A DNA stretch of 64,000 bases from Oscillospiraceae bacterium (GCA_031549605.1 JAVBPM010000031.1:28001-92000), one strand, 5' to 3'. Shown: positions 27,050 through 37,396, counted from the first letter of the stretch. Notes: generated by a model from the sequence alone, not told the origin. Made by a program: numbers and translations.

Positions 27050-28618
27050 TTACGCGGCCATATCGATAAAATACGGATACTCTTCATTGCCGGACAACTC
27101 CAGCTCAGACAACGGCTTAATGTACTTGGCCATCGTCGACCAGTTGGCCGCCGCCTTGTATGCTGCCACCGACTCGACCGGCACGTAGATGGCGCCCAGT
27201 TTGTTGAGCGCGCTGATGTAGCTGGCATTGGCCAGCGCCGGAGGCACGGTTGCCAAAAACACCAGCTCAGTGATGCCGGTCGATGTGATGCTGCCGGTGA
27301 TGCTCGTAAAATTTTCGCCGATAACCAGCCGTTGCAAGCCGTTGTTGTTGGCCAGTGCCGGCAGCGGCATTTCGTTTTCCGGCAGCAGCTCCAACGTCCC
27401 GCGCAGTAGCTGTACCCAGTTGGCCGTATTGGTCGCAGCTGTACCGGTCAGAATGATGCGCAGGTTGTGCAGTGGCAGCGAGTAGGTGTTCAACATCATG
27501 CCCGTACCCGAGCACCGCACCGTATAGGCCAGATTGACCGTGTGTGACAGGTAATAGGAGTAGAAGGCGTTGATGCCCACCTCACGGATTGTGTCAGTGA
27601 TTTGCTCGGACGCTGAGCCGTTGTCAAAGAAGTTATCCGGTAACGAGCTGATGCCACGAGGTAAAACATAGCGCCCCAATGCAGCCGTTAAAAACATCCC
27701 ATACTTCTCCAGCGTCTGCACTGTGGCAGGTATGGAGATAGACCGCATTTGCTTGGCACTGTTGAACGAGTACGCTGCAATTGTAGTGTACCCGCGCGGT
27801 ATGGTCAGGTGCCGCAGCATATAGTTGTTATACGTCAAGTATTGCACCATGTCGCTGTTTTGCCCGTTGGCGGGTAGTGACACATACCGCAAGTTGTAGA
27901 AGTTGTAACAGGTGTAATTGCGCAGTACCACGTAATCGGAAAAGTACACCTTGAGTATCCCCGCCGACGATGTCGACGCCACCATTGGCGTGCTGGCTGT
28001 CCCGTTTCCCATACGGTACGGGACGTTGTCACGGCTTTTTACCTTGATGTGATACAAGCCCTCATCGCTGTAAGTATGCGCCTTGGTGCCGCCTGTGGGC
28101 ACGGTATAAGCCTCCGTCACCCCGTCGCCCCAATCGATGTCTACCATTGCCGCATCGCTCTCGCGAGCGAAGTACAGCGAACACGCCAGCGTGTACTGCG
28201 ATACGGCCTTAAACCAGATGTGTGTGCAGTCATCGACTGTTCTGTACGTCGCGCCGACGTCGATGTGGCCGGGTATCGTTAGTCCCCGTTCACTCTCGCG
28301 GTAGCGCAGGTTGCTCAGTTCCTCCAACGTGTAATTCCAACCGGCGAACTCCAGCCACTCGTCGTGGCAGGGCGCTTCGGCGGGATACGCCGCGCTCTGT
28401 CCGGTGTGGTAGCACTTGCTCGACAGCACCGTGCCGTCTATATCAAAAAACCGCACCTCGTGCGGCCCGTTGGCGATGGACAGTATCTTGTCGGGGTAGT
28501 CCTCGACTGGCGTGCCCTCCGGCACCGGCTGACCCTGCGCCTCGATGGCAGCCTTGATGCCATCGAGCCCGGCGTTGGCGCGCGTTATGTCGTCGCTGTA
28601 TATTGCCACAACGCTCAT
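27050..28618 (-). CDS. leucine-rich-repeat (BspA-type) tail-associated protein
   Basis: Repeated approx 22-24 aa units of the type L..I.IP..V..I...AF......L..V.L, e.g. MRSISIPATVQTLEKYGMF and LRHLTIPRGYTTIAAYSF. Confidence 0.6.
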   Translation of the reverse strand: MSVVAIYSDDITRANAGLDGIKAAIEAQGQPVPEGTPVEDYPDKILSIANGPHEVRFFDIDGTVLSSKCYHTGQSAAYPAEAPCHDEWLEFAGWNYTLEELSNLRYRESERGLTIPGHIDVGATYRTVDDCTHIWFKAVSQYTLACSLYFARESDAAMVDIDWGDGVTEAYTVPTGGTKAHTYSDEGLYHIKVKSRDNVPYRMGNGTASTPMVASTSSAGILKVYFSDYVVLRNYTCYNFYNLRYVSLPANGQNSDMVQYLTYNNYMLRHLTIPRGYTTIAAYSFNSAKQMRSISIPATVQTLEKYGMFLTAALGRYVLPRGISSLPDNFFDNGSASEQITDTIREVGINAFYSYYLSHTVNLAYTVRCSGTGMMLNTYSLPLHNLRIILTGTAATNTANWVQLLRGTLELLPENEMPLPALANNNGLQRLVIGENFTSITGSITSTGITELVFLATVPPALANASYISALNKLGAIYVPVESVAAYKAAANWSTMAKYIKPLSELELSGNEEYPYFIDMAA

Positions 28619-29121
28619 GTCGTCACCCCGTCCAAGTGCGCTCGCAAGCTGGCATCCATTGGCAATGCGGCCAACACAGCGTCAACCATGTCCTGCTGGT
28701 CTGCGTCTGTGTAATAGTCGATATTGCGCTGCGGGGTGTAGCCGTCCGCGCCGGTGTCGCCTTTGGGACCAGTTGCGCCGGGTTCTCCTTTGCCACCCTG
28801 TGGGCCTTGCGGCCCATCCGCTCCCACTGGGCCCCGCTCGCCGCGCTCACCCTGTGGGCCGGCGGGGCCGACCTCGCCTTGTGGGCCTTGAGCGCCTTGC
28901 GGTCCGATGGGGCCGATATCGCCCTTGTCCCCTTTAGGGCCGACTGGCCCCGCTTCACCACGTTCACCCTGCGGCCCCGCGTCGCCGGTGTTGCCCTTTT
29001 CACCTTGCGGCCCCTGTGGACCGGGCGGCCCTGCAAAGCCGGTCTGGCCACTCAGGCCGCCGTCACCGGCAATGCGGCCGGTTAATGTGCCGCCCTCTAT
29101 GCGGCCAATCAACTCAGTCAT
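28615..29121 (-). CDS. collagen-like triple-helix repeat protein (tail fibre component)
   Basis: About 33 uninterrupted G-X-Y triplets ([41 protein letters not shown]...). Confidence 0.85.
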   Translation of the reverse strand: MTELIGRIEGGTLTGRIAGDGGLSGQTGFAGPPGPQGPQGEKGNTGDAGPQGERGEAGPVGPKGDKGDIGPIGPQGAQGPQGEVGPAGPQGERGERGPVGADGPQGPQGGKGEPGATGPKGDTGADGYTPQRNIDYYTDADQQDMVDAVLAALPMDASLRAHLDGVTT

Positions 29122-29437
29122 AGGTCACCTCGGCCCCCAGCCGAAACACGTCCGGCCCGACGATGGTATAGACGTCGCCGTTGGCTAGTGTCAGCTCGAT
29201 GTCAAAGACGTAGTCGCCAAAATCAAGGCCGCTGGTGTCGGCGGGGTCGATGACCAACAGCGCAGCGCCGTCGATAAAGTCGCGGATTTCCTTGCTTATC
29301 AGCTTTTCGCCATCCAGCGCAGACCGGCGCACGGTAACCCGCACGACGTCGCCGGACACAAACGGCACAAACTTGCCGCTCGCGTCCATTGCCCTGATCA
29401 CCCTCCGACAGGTGTCACCCCGTGTCATGGTTAGCAT
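29114..29437 (-). CDS. small tail protein downstream of tape measure
   Basis: 107 aa and beta-rich. Overlaps neighbouring genes by a few nt. Confidence 0.45.
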   Translation of the reverse strand: MLTMTRGDTCRRVIRAMDASGKFVPFVSGDVVRVTVRRSALDGEKLISKEIRDFIDGAALLVIDPADTSGLDFGDYVFDIELTLANGDVYTIVGPDVFRLGAEVTYD

Positions 29438-29448
29438 CTGTATCCCTC

Positions 29449-32400
29449 CTACGCCTTTCCGTCTAAATAGCCGTATCTTTGCAGCCCAACACCCAGTCGT
29501 TCAAAGAAGGTGCGCTCGTCCAGCGTCCGCCCAAACGTCAGATTGTTGGTCACCTCGGGCGCCGGTACGTGCACCTCGACCTTGGGCGTCGTGATGTTGA
29601 CCACGTTGGCCTTGAGCGCAATGCTGGCCTTGTCGGCGTCAAAGACGTCGAGCACCCGTTGCCGCGCCAACTCAGCGCCCAGCTTCTCCTGCTGCCGCTC
29701 GTAGTAGGCGGCGGGACTGACCGTCGCCGCCTGGTCTTTGCGGATGTCGGCCAGTATGCTCTTAGGAATTTTGGCCACTACGCCGTCCATGATGTCGCCG
29801 GGGAATGTCGCGGCAAACGACGCACCAATCTTGTCGACCAGTGCGTCAATAGTGCCCTTGATGCGGTCTAGGATGCTCTGTTTTCCGGCGTCAAAGCCGT
29901 CCGCGATACCGTCTGCCAGCGACTTGCCGATGCTGTTGGCCGACTTGGTGACGTCGAGCGCGGCAATTTCCTTGAGTGTCTCGGCGCGCAGGTCTTTGAG
30001 CTCCTCGGTCGCCTGTTTGTTGGCCAATCGCTGCTTTTCGGCGTACAGGTCGGCGTAGTGCGTCAGCTGCTCGTCGGTCATGCGCAGCAGTGCCGCGATT
30101 TCGTCGTTAGCTGCCGGTCCCATCTCGCGCAGCGAATCAAGCATCCCGCCCTCAATGCCCCGCTCGGCCAGCGCGGCTATGTTGTCCGACCATATCGTCA
30201 GCATAGCCACCTGATCCTCAGCGTTGGCAATCAGCCGGTCTTCTGACGTGTACTTGGGCAGCTCGACCTCGTCAAACAGGCCGTAGCTGTTGAAAATCTG
30301 CTGCGCGCGCGCCTGATGGGCGTCGGCGTAGCGCTGCTGAATGGCGTCGACCTCGGCGGCGATTTCCAGTTTGAGGTCGCGCAGCCGCTCCTCGGCCTCG
30401 ATGCGCTGCTCGGTACCGGCGGCGTACTGTTTCTGCAAGGTCGCCCACGCGCGGTACTCGTCAGCCAGCGACATTTGCTCGTACCGCTTCTTGTCGTCGA
30501 TGGCTTTCTTGGCCGCCTCAAAGTCGCGCTGTGTGATTCCCTGCTTAACGCGGTAAATCTCGCGCTGCATCTCAATGTATTCTTCCGTACCGGCGGCATA
30601 GCGCTTCAAAACGCGGTTGTAGGCGGCAATTTCCTCTTCCAACGACAGCCGCCCGTAGTACTTTTCTGTCTCAATCCAGCGCATCGAGTGTTCAAACTGG
30701 GCGCGCTTGGCGTCAATGACCTTCTGCGCCGCCTCAGCCGCGCGCTCGGCAGCTGCCTCTTGCGCCTCAAGGTTGGCCTCGCGCATCTCTTTCTCCACGC
30801 GGTAAACCTCACGGTCTATCTGCTTGCGCTGCTCACTGCCAGCGACAAAAGCCTTTTGCAGCGCCTTGTACGCCTCCAGCTCGCCCGAAAGCGACAGCCG
30901 GTCAAAGTACTTCTCGTCGTCAATCCAGCTCTCAGCGGCGTCAAGAACGCTGTCAGCCAGCTCACGCGCCGCCTTAACGGCCTCCGACTCGTTCTCTTTG
31001 ATGCCAACCGCAACGCCCAACGCGATGTTTTTACCCACGATGTCGCGCATAACCTTGGAGGGTGACCGGATTTGAGCGACAGCCTTGGCGGCGCCGATGG
31101 TATCTATCATCATGTGCTTGGACGCGGTTGCGGCAACTTTCGCATTATCGCTAATCCCCAGCATTAAGCCCAGGACAAAGTTTTTGCCCGATTCTTTCAT
31201 GACCCGCGACGGGGAGCGCTCTTGCGATACAGCCTTGGCGCTACCAATCGTCTTACGCATCATGGCAGCGGCGGCAGACGATGCTAGGCCTGTATGGTCC
31301 TCAATACCCAAAGCAAGCCCCTGTGCGACGTATTTGCCAATCGTGTAGAAGTCGCGTTCTCCGGCGGTCATTTCCTGCTCAATTCTCTTTGCAAGACTGC
31401 TAGCGGCTGCCGAAGCGCGCGGGGTGTTGTCGCGTAGACCCTTAGCCACAGCCTCGGAAACGGAGCCGCCAGTATAGTGGAATGTACCGTACAACTCCTT
31501 GATCTCGTCGACTGATAGTTCCCCTAGCCCCTTTGCCGCTTTAGCCACAAGATATGCGTATCTCTCAGCGCCGCCTGCGGCTTCACGCGCCGCCGCTTCC
31601 CCCGCCTCTCGGTACACGCCGTTGAGGTTATCAAGTTCTTCATCGGTTGCCTTAACCCAAAGCGCAACCGATTGACCCATTTTTTCAACACCCTGCTCTG
31701 ACAGCTCTTGGATAAGCTCCGGGTCAAGCCCCCTTTCGGCCAGTTTCCGCAGATTCTCTGCCCAATTTTGCTTATCAGCAAGGTTTTTCTTCAGGTTGTC
31801 GGCGGCATTTTCGGCTGAGATGGCCTCCTCTGTCGTAAGCCGCTTGAACGCGTTTATCACACCGTCAACATAGTCGTCGGCGGCCTTTTCACTTTCTTCG
31901 AGAGCCTTGGTGTAGTCTTCAAGAAGCATGCCGCGCTCATTAGCGGCGTCACGCATGGCGTCGGTCAGCTTGGCTTCTTCGTCTGCCCGTCGCTGGGCGA
32001 TTTCGGCCTGCTCTTTTTCCGCAGCGGACATTGCAGCCGTGCTATCTTCTGTTGCGGCAGCATACTTCCCTTGCTCCTCGGTGAGTATTTTAAGACTGCC
32101 AGTCGTATGGTCCAGCTTGAAACGCAGCGACGCTTGCTGCTCCGCATTTTCCTTTGATGCTTGCCCCAATTCAACTGCTTGGATCAGCGCCAGCCCTTCC
32201 GCCTCTGTAAGCTCTGCCATGCCCATGGCTTGTGTCTCGGCGGTGAATATCCAGTTCTTTCCGTACTTAGTCTTCAACTCAAGCGCAGTGGCATACATCT
32301 CTTGACCCTTTGTCCCTTCGACTAAAAGGTCATTGATTCTGGCTTGTCGTTCCGCCTGGTCTGCATCAAGCTTTTGCAATTCAGTGCGCCAGCCTTTTTG

Positions 32401-34365
32401 TGCAGCCAACGTAGCCTCAATTTCAGCGGCCAATTCAAGATGCTTTGTGTAATTGGCGAGTTCTTCACTTGACTTAGACAACGTATTTGTCGTCTCGTCA
32501 TATGACAGATTCAGCCCTTCAATTTCTCCATTGAGTGCCTTTACCTTTTCTGCAATAAGGTCTTGATAGCCTCCGTGGGTCTTTTGCGCTTCAACAAGTT
32601 CGATTAACTCATTCTTCAATGCCGTAGTGCCCTCTGCTTCAGCTTTTGCGGTTGCAACCATGTCATCGCCTTGCTCTATAGACCTCTGTGTTTCCTCTCT
32701 GGCGCGCTCGGTCGCCTCGGCGATTTCTTTCATTTCTTCTTTGTGTTTCTTCATCGCCGCCGACGGCTTGTTGAATGCGCTAGCGAGTCCCGCCATCAAG
32801 CCCGTAAGGGCGGTAACGGCTGTTATGGCCAGCATGACAGGGTTTGCGTTCAGCAATTTGACGATAGCATTAAACGCTTTTACCGCAATGCCCAGCGCGT
32901 ACAGCGCTCCTGCCGCAACCAGTACGCCTTTGATAAAACCCTCAAAGAGGCTTTCGGAGCTGGCAAGTTGCTCGCCAATAGCGCTAAAAAGAGCACCAAC
33001 CAACATCAGCCCGGCTTCAATGATAATGGGTATCAACTCCACGAGAGCCGTCACAAACACCTCGATTAGCGACGACACCGCCGCAACCACCGCCGCCTTA
33101 TTGTCAATCAGCCCCTGCACAAACGATTTGAGCAGCGACACGGCCATATTGACGACCTGCGGCGCGAAGCTGGCGGCTTTTTCCACCAACTCGGCAAACA
33201 GCTTGCCCGCCTCGCTAACCAGCCCTTGCATACCGCCCGTTTCAAACGACTTTAGCAGTTTGTCAAACGCGCCGTCGGCGTACTGCACCACATTACGCAG
33301 CGGCTTTTGAAAGCCCTCGTAGATGCCGATTCCCAGTGTCTCCATCGTGCCCGTCAGCGCCTCGACATCGCCCTTGAGGTTGTCCAACCGCTGCGCCGCC
33401 ACATCGGCGGCCTTGACCTTGTCCATTGCGGCGGCCATCTTCTTGACGCCCTCGGCACCCTCTTTGAACAGCACGTTACCCGCGCGGACGGCGTCCGACC
33501 CGAAGATGGTCTCCAGCGCCATAGCCCGCTCGGCGTCCGACAGTCCGTGCAACGACGTCTGCAGGATACCGGCGATTTCCTCCATCGACCGCAACGAGCC
33601 TTTGGCGTCGTAAAATTTGCTGGTGCCCTGCTCAGTCATCAGCCCCAGCCGCTTGAAAGTGACTGCCTGTTTCTCGGTCAGCGGCTGCAGGTTCATCAGC
33701 ATGGTCTTGAGACTTGTACCGGCGTCTGAGCCCTTGAGGCCATTCTGTGCAAACAGGGCGAGACCTGTGGCTGTATCCTTGAAGGTCATGCCCATGCCGG
33801 ACGCGACAGACGACACCTGCGACAGCCCCATCTTCATCCCCATGACATCAGTCGCCGAGGCGTTGGCCGCACCGGCGAGGATGTTGGCCGCGTCGCCGAC
33901 CGTCAGCGCATCGTCACGGAAGGCATTCAACGCCGTTGACGCCACCTCGGCGGCATCTGCGACACCAATCTCGCCCGCCGCCGCCAAATCCAGCGCGCCG
34001 GTCAAGCCGCCGCCCAGCACCTGCTCGGTCGTCAGACCGGCTTTGAGCAGTTCCTCTATGGCGTTGGCGCTCTCCGATGCCGAATAGACCGTGTCAGCAC
34101 CCGCCTTTTTGGCCGCCGCGCCCAGCTTTACCATCTCGGCCTCGGTGGCGCCCGACACCGCCTTGATGCCGCTCATGGACGCCTCGTAGTCAGCGCCCAG
34201 CTTGACAACAGGCGCACCGATGGCCATAATGCCCGCGCTCACGGCAGCCAGCGACTTGACAGCCATACCGCTCCAGCGTTTGATTGTGCTGTCGAGACCG
34301 CCCAGCAGCCGCTTTAATTCTGCGTCGTCGAACCCGACCGCGATTTTGATTGACCCGTCTGCCAT
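29449..34365 (-). CDS. tail tape measure protein
   Basis: 1638 aa, helical, A/E/K-rich, with a hydrophobic central segment, internal repeats and the canonical position after the tail chaperones. Confidence 0.9.
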   Translation of the reverse strand: MADGSIKIAVGFDDAELKRLLGGLDSTIKRWSGMAVKSLAAVSAGIMAIGAPVVKLGADYEASMSGIKAVSGATEAEMVKLGAAAKKAGADTVYSASESANAIEELLKAGLTTEQVLGGGLTGALDLAAAGEIGVADAAEVASTALNAFRDDALTVGDAANILAGAANASATDVMGMKMGLSQVSSVASGMGMTFKDTATGLALFAQNGLKGSDAGTSLKTMLMNLQPLTEKQAVTFKRLGLMTEQGTSKFYDAKGSLRSMEEIAGILQTSLHGLSDAERAMALETIFGSDAVRAGNVLFKEGAEGVKKMAAAMDKVKAADVAAQRLDNLKGDVEALTGTMETLGIGIYEGFQKPLRNVVQYADGAFDKLLKSFETGGMQGLVSEAGKLFAELVEKAASFAPQVVNMAVSLLKSFVQGLIDNKAAVVAAVSSLIEVFVTALVELIPIIIEAGLMLVGALFSAIGEQLASSESLFEGFIKGVLVAAGALYALGIAVKAFNAIVKLLNANPVMLAITAVTALTGLMAGLASAFNKPSAAMKKHKEEMKEIAEATERAREETQRSIEQGDDMVATAKAEAEGTTALKNELIELVEAQKTHGGYQDLIAEKVKALNGEIEGLNLSYDETTNTLSKSSEELANYTKHLELAAEIEATLAAQKGWRTELQKLDADQAERQARINDLLVEGTKGQEMYATALELKTKYGKNWIFTAETQAMGMAELTEAEGLALIQAVELGQASKENAEQQASLRFKLDHTTGSLKILTEEQGKYAAATEDSTAAMSAAEKEQAEIAQRRADEEAKLTDAMRDAANERGMLLEDYTKALEESEKAADDYVDGVINAFKRLTTEEAISAENAADNLKKNLADKQNWAENLRKLAERGLDPELIQELSEQGVEKMGQSVALWVKATDEELDNLNGVYREAGEAAAREAAGGAERYAYLVAKAAKGLGELSVDEIKELYGTFHYTGGSVSEAVAKGLRDNTPRASAAASSLAKRIEQEMTAGERDFYTIGKYVAQGLALGIEDHTGLASSAAAAMMRKTIGSAKAVSQERSPSRVMKESGKNFVLGLMLGISDNAKVAATASKHMMIDTIGAAKAVAQIRSPSKVMRDIVGKNIALGVAVGIKENESEAVKAARELADSVLDAAESWIDDEKYFDRLSLSGELEAYKALQKAFVAGSEQRKQIDREVYRVEKEMREANLEAQEAAAERAAEAAQKVIDAKRAQFEHSMRWIETEKYYGRLSLEEEIAAYNRVLKRYAAGTEEYIEMQREIYRVKQGITQRDFEAAKKAIDDKKRYEQMSLADEYRAWATLQKQYAAGTEQRIEAEERLRDLKLEIAAEVDAIQQRYADAHQARAQQIFNSYGLFDEVELPKYTSEDRLIANAEDQVAMLTIWSDNIAALAERGIEGGMLDSLREMGPAANDEIAALLRMTDEQLTHYADLYAEKQRLANKQATEELKDLRAETLKEIAALDVTKSANSIGKSLADGIADGFDAGKQSILDRIKGTIDALVDKIGASFAATFPGDIMDGVVAKIPKSILADIRKDQAATVSPAAYYERQQEKLGAELARQRVLDVFDADKASIALKANVVNITTPKVEVHVPAPEVTNNLTFGRTLDERTFFERLGVGLQRYGYLDGKA

Positions 34366-34380
34366 TATGTACCCACCACC

Positions 34381-34980
34381 TTAACTGCCAATATCGCCCC
34401 ACAGCGCCTCAAACGCGTCGCGCTCGGCTTGTTCCTCGCCCGACAGTGTTTCGGGCAGTTGAGCCGCTTCTTTGGCCGCGTAGACTGCCGCATAGTTCTT
34501 CTGCCCCGTGTACTCGCTCAGGTCGAGCCCGCGCCAATGCAGTTTTTTTCGAAACGGAGTGTCCTCCGACAAATTCGAGAGTAAGATGCGAAATTTGAAC
34601 CAATGCAAAAAGGAGCCGTCCATCAGGTCGATGTCGTACTCCTTGAGAAACGATGCGTAGATTTCCTCGGCGTCGTGCTCGTAGCAAAAGGCCACGCCGC
34701 TGGCCTCGTCGCGCTGCAGGCGACTGTCGTCGGTCGGCTTGCGCTCCAGCGAGATAAACAGCGCCAACGCCGCCATCGGGTCGTCCGGCGCGGTCTCGCC
34801 AAATAGCAGCCTGCCAACAATCTCGGGCACCTGACTGGGTATGATGACAGGGTCGCGCACAATGCGCATCACCTTGAGGATGTTGCGAAAATCAGGCGCG
34901 ATTTCAAAGGTATTCCCCTCCACCGTAACAGTAGAGGGGAACACCAAATCATTTTTACGGCTGAGCGAAAACCCGCTCAC
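34381..34980 (-). CDS. tail assembly chaperone-position protein (Gp15-like)
   Basis: 199 aa between the first chaperone-like ORF and the tape measure. GTGA overlap with the upstream gene. Confidence 0.5.
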   Translation of the reverse strand: MSGFSLSRKNDLVFPSTVTVEGNTFEIAPDFRNILKVMRIVRDPVIIPSQVPEIVGRLLFGETAPDDPMAALALFISLERKPTDDSRLQRDEASGVAFCYEHDAEEIYASFLKEYDIDLMDGSFLHWFKFRILLSNLSEDTPFRKKLHWRGLDLSEYTGQKNYAAVYAAKEAAQLPETLSGEEQAERDAFEALWGDIGS

Positions 34981-35336
34981 TCGAGCACCTCAGCCACGTC
35001 GGTGTTGTAGGCTTTGACGGCGGCGTCGGCGATGGCGACGGCAATGCGAATGCAGTCGGTCATACCAACCGGTACGCCGCCGGTCAGCTTCTTCAGCGCA
35101 CCGTCACCCAGCACCTCGTCAATCCAGCTCTTTGCGCCGCCGATAGCGGCCACAATGGTCGCCACGTCACCGCTGGCAGCGGCAGCCTTGAGCTCGTCGC
35201 GGAGGCTGGCCGCTTTCGCCATGATATCCTGGTCGGACTGACGCAGCGTGAAGTTGATGCCGTTGATGTCGACCGTTTTGGCCTTGGGCATCTTGATGGT
35301 GACCGCGCCGTCCGCCTTCGTTTTCTTCTCAGCCAT
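34977..35336 (-). CDS. tail assembly chaperone-position protein
   Basis: 119 aa immediately after the major tail gene. Confidence 0.5.
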   Translation of the reverse strand: MAEKKTKADGAVTIKMPKAKTVDINGINFTLRQSDQDIMAKAASLRDELKAAAASGDVATIVAAIGGAKSWIDEVLGDGALKKLTGGVPVGMTDCIRIAVAIADAAVKAYNTDVAEVLE

Positions 35337-35346
35337 GTTGCGCCTC

Positions 35347-35847
35347 CTAAGCTACGGTCAGGTCAGCCGCCGGGGTAAAGACCGGCTTGCCGTCGGCGAT
35401 GGTCGCGCCGCCCTGTTTCGGGTCGCCGCGCTGGGCCAGCGTGAAGGTCAACACGCCGGTGGCGATGTTGTAGCTCTCGACGGTGACCAGCACATCGGTC
35501 AGCGCGGCTACCTGCGCCGGTGGCGTCACGCCGTCGATGGGCTGCTGGTACACGCGCAGCGCTTTGGTGACGGCCTCGCTGCCGGTGACCTGACGGTTGT
35601 ACAGGTCAAAGACAAAGTCGTATACCGCGTCGCCGACGTAGGCGGTCAGCGGCATCGAGGTGGTGGGCTTGTAACCTTCCAGCTCCGTGGTCGCGGCGCT
35701 GTCCTCGATGAAGTCGAAGTCGGCCGTCTTGGGGTTCATGGTGTCGGTCCATTCGACCGACTTACCCACACGCGCCCAATTTTCCGTCGCCTCGCCCGGC
35801 TTGGTGTTCAGGAACAGATAGTTGAGATACTTTTTGATTTTTTCCAT
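35347..35847 (-). CDS. major tail protein
   Basis: MEKIKKYLNYLFLNTKPGE...; ATG 35847 preceded by GGAGGA. Size and position are typical of a siphovirus tail tube. Confidence 0.65.
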   Translation of the reverse strand: MEKIKKYLNYLFLNTKPGEATENWARVGKSVEWTDTMNPKTADFDFIEDSAATTELEGYKPTTSMPLTAYVGDAVYDFVFDLYNRQVTGSEAVTKALRVYQQPIDGVTPPAQVAALTDVLVTVESYNIATGVLTFTLAQRGDPKQGGATIADGKPVFTPAADLTVA

Positions 35848-35849
35848 GG

Positions 35850-36284
35850 TTATTTTTCCTCCAAATACGTAATTTGCGCGGGGAATTGAAATACCACCGC
35901 GTTGCCCTCGTCGAGCTGTCCCGCGTACTGCGGGTTGTCGGCGAGGCATTGCAGCTCGTAACAGCTGCAGTTGGGTCCGAAGTCGGGGTAGTTACCGGCG
36001 TCCTGCTGCGCGTCAATCCACGCCTGCCACTGCCGCAGCGTCATCATGCCGTCCGTGTTGACCGTGTCGGTCGTGTCGGACAGCTCGCGCCGAATGCGCA
36101 GGCAGAACAGATAGCGGCGCAGCTTGCTGCCGTCCATGTAAGGCTCGGCGCTCTCCTCCGGCATAGAGATGAGCGCAATGTCGCCGTTGGCCTCGGTCAG
36201 AAAACCGAACAGCACAGCGCCGCTCGCCTCGGCGTTCTCGGACATCCAGTCCATCAACGCCTTGTCTTTGTCAATGACAGCCAA
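35850..36284 (-). CDS. head-tail/tail completion protein
   Basis: 144 aa in the head-tail connector block. Confidence 0.45.
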   Translation of the reverse strand: MAVIDKDKALMDWMSENAEASGAVLFGFLTEANGDIALISMPEESAEPYMDGSKLRRYLFCLRIRRELSDTTDTVNTDGMMTLRQWQAWIDAQQDAGNYPDFGPNCSCYELQCLADNPQYAGQLDEGNAVVFQFPAQITYLEEK

Positions 36285-36632
36285 TCAACCACCCCTTTTC
36301 TTGATATAGGCTTGCACGCTCTGTACGAGGTCGCCGCGACGTGCTTGCAGCATGGCTTTGTCCCAGTAGGCTGCCGTGCCTTTTGTCGTGTGCTTAAAGC
36401 TGACCCCGTGGTACTGCCGCGCCGCGTAAGGCGACACATAGGTGACAAGGCCGTGGTCGCCCTCAACGGTTACCTTTACTTTCTCGCGCAAGTGACCATC
36501 TCGCCTCGGCACATAGTCGTTCATAAACTTTCTCGCCATCGAAGCCGTAAACATCAGCGTCGGCTTGTTCTTGACCTTGTCGTTGATAATCGTGTCAACC
36601 GGCTTATTCCACTTAAAGCTAACCTTCGACAT
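36285..36632 (-). CDS. head-tail joining protein
   Basis: MSKVSFKWNKPVD...; ATG 36632 with a GGAGGG RBS. The ORF track extends upstream to 36779. Confidence 0.45.
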   Translation of the reverse strand: MSKVSFKWNKPVDTIINDKVKNKPTLMFTASMARKFMNDYVPRRDGHLREKVKVTVEGDHGLVTYVSPYAARQYHGVSFKHTTKGTAAYWDKAMLQARRGDLVQSVQAYIKKRGG

Positions 36633-37041
36633 GGTAGTGCCCTCCGCGCCGGTAGGCCTGTGTGTTGTCCGACACGGCGCTGATTTTGAACGCGTCGGGC
36701 TTGAGCGTCTCCAGCACCTTGGCCGCTGTGTTGTCGCCCTCGCCGGTAATGTCGAGGTCGTGCTCGCCGCGTGCCACAATGTCGCCGGGTCGCAACGTGA
36801 AGCTGCACCGCTTGGCCGCCTCGCCCGCGCTATCCCACGTCGCGGGGCTCAGATAGGCCGGATTGTCGGCAATCAGCACCCGCGCTGTGGTGGCCGTGCT
36901 GGCCGTCTGACCGCTGACCGTCCGCGCGACCTGGTTCTGCCACGAGCAGCCCAAAACAATATGGCGGAACCACTTGTCCTTTTTGGTGGACGGGTCCCGC
37001 CATTTATTCCAGATTGTCGTGGGTTCATAAGCACCCAGCAT
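36619..37041 (-). CDS. head closure / head-tail joining protein
   Basis: MLGAYEPTTIWNKW...; ATG 37041 lies directly after the upstream stop at 37043. Confidence 0.45.
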   Translation of the reverse strand: MLGAYEPTTIWNKWRDPSTKKDKWFRHIVLGCSWQNQVARTVSGQTASTATTARVLIADNPAYLSPATWDSAGEAAKRCSFTLRPGDIVARGEHDLDITGEGDNTAAKVLETLKPDAFKISAVSDNTQAYRRGGHYHVEG

Positions 37042-37042
37042 G

Positions 37043-37396
37043 TCAAACACCTCGGTAGCGCTGTATTGGCGTGAAGTAGAGGGCGACGATACCGGCGGCT
37101 TTGGCCTGCGTGTTCTGCACGCCTTTTTCTTGACTCGGCAGCCCGTAGGTCTCGCTGTAGGAGCCGTTGGAAAAGGACAGCACCGGCTTGTTGAGCTGAT
37201 GCTCATCCTTGTACAGCATGTCCATCAGCTCGCACACGCCGCGCCGGTTGGCGGCGGTTATGTCGTTGTCAGACAGCTGATCAAAGGTGTGTGCCCTTAC
37301 ATACTGCTCGGCCATGGCCTCGTAGCGGTCAAACTCAGCCACCGGCACCGTGCTATACCCCAAGCCGGAATACTGCCCTTGCGTCAGATACGGCAT
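37043..37396 (-). CDS. head-tail connector (gp6-like position)
   Basis: 117 aa, first gene after the capsid block. Confidence 0.5.
   Translation of the reverse strand: MPYLTQGQYSGLGYSTVPVAEFDRYEAMAEQYVRAHTFDQLSDNDITAANRRGVCELMDMLYKDEHQLNKPVLSFSNGSYSETYGLPSQEKGVQNTQAKAAGIVALYFTPIQRYRGV

Noticed and set aside
23311-28618. Possibility of a diversity-generating retroelement acting on the tail fibre or LRR genes.
   Set aside because: No reverse transcriptase ORF and no template/variable repeat pair are visible anywhere in the prophage.
28700-29060. Highly periodic GC-rich DNA that could be mistaken for a tandem repeat or CRISPR-like array.
   Set aside because: The periodicity is 9 nt / 3 codons with no unique spacers, and it translates to continuous Gly-X-Y collagen-like repeats. 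It is coding, not an array.
34977-35336. Possible programmed -1 frameshift between the two tail-chaperone-position ORFs, as in the lambda G/GT paradigm.
   Set aside because: The downstream ORF has its own GTG start in a GTGA overlap, and I could not identify a slippery heptamer at the junction. A frameshift cannot be supported from the sequence alone.
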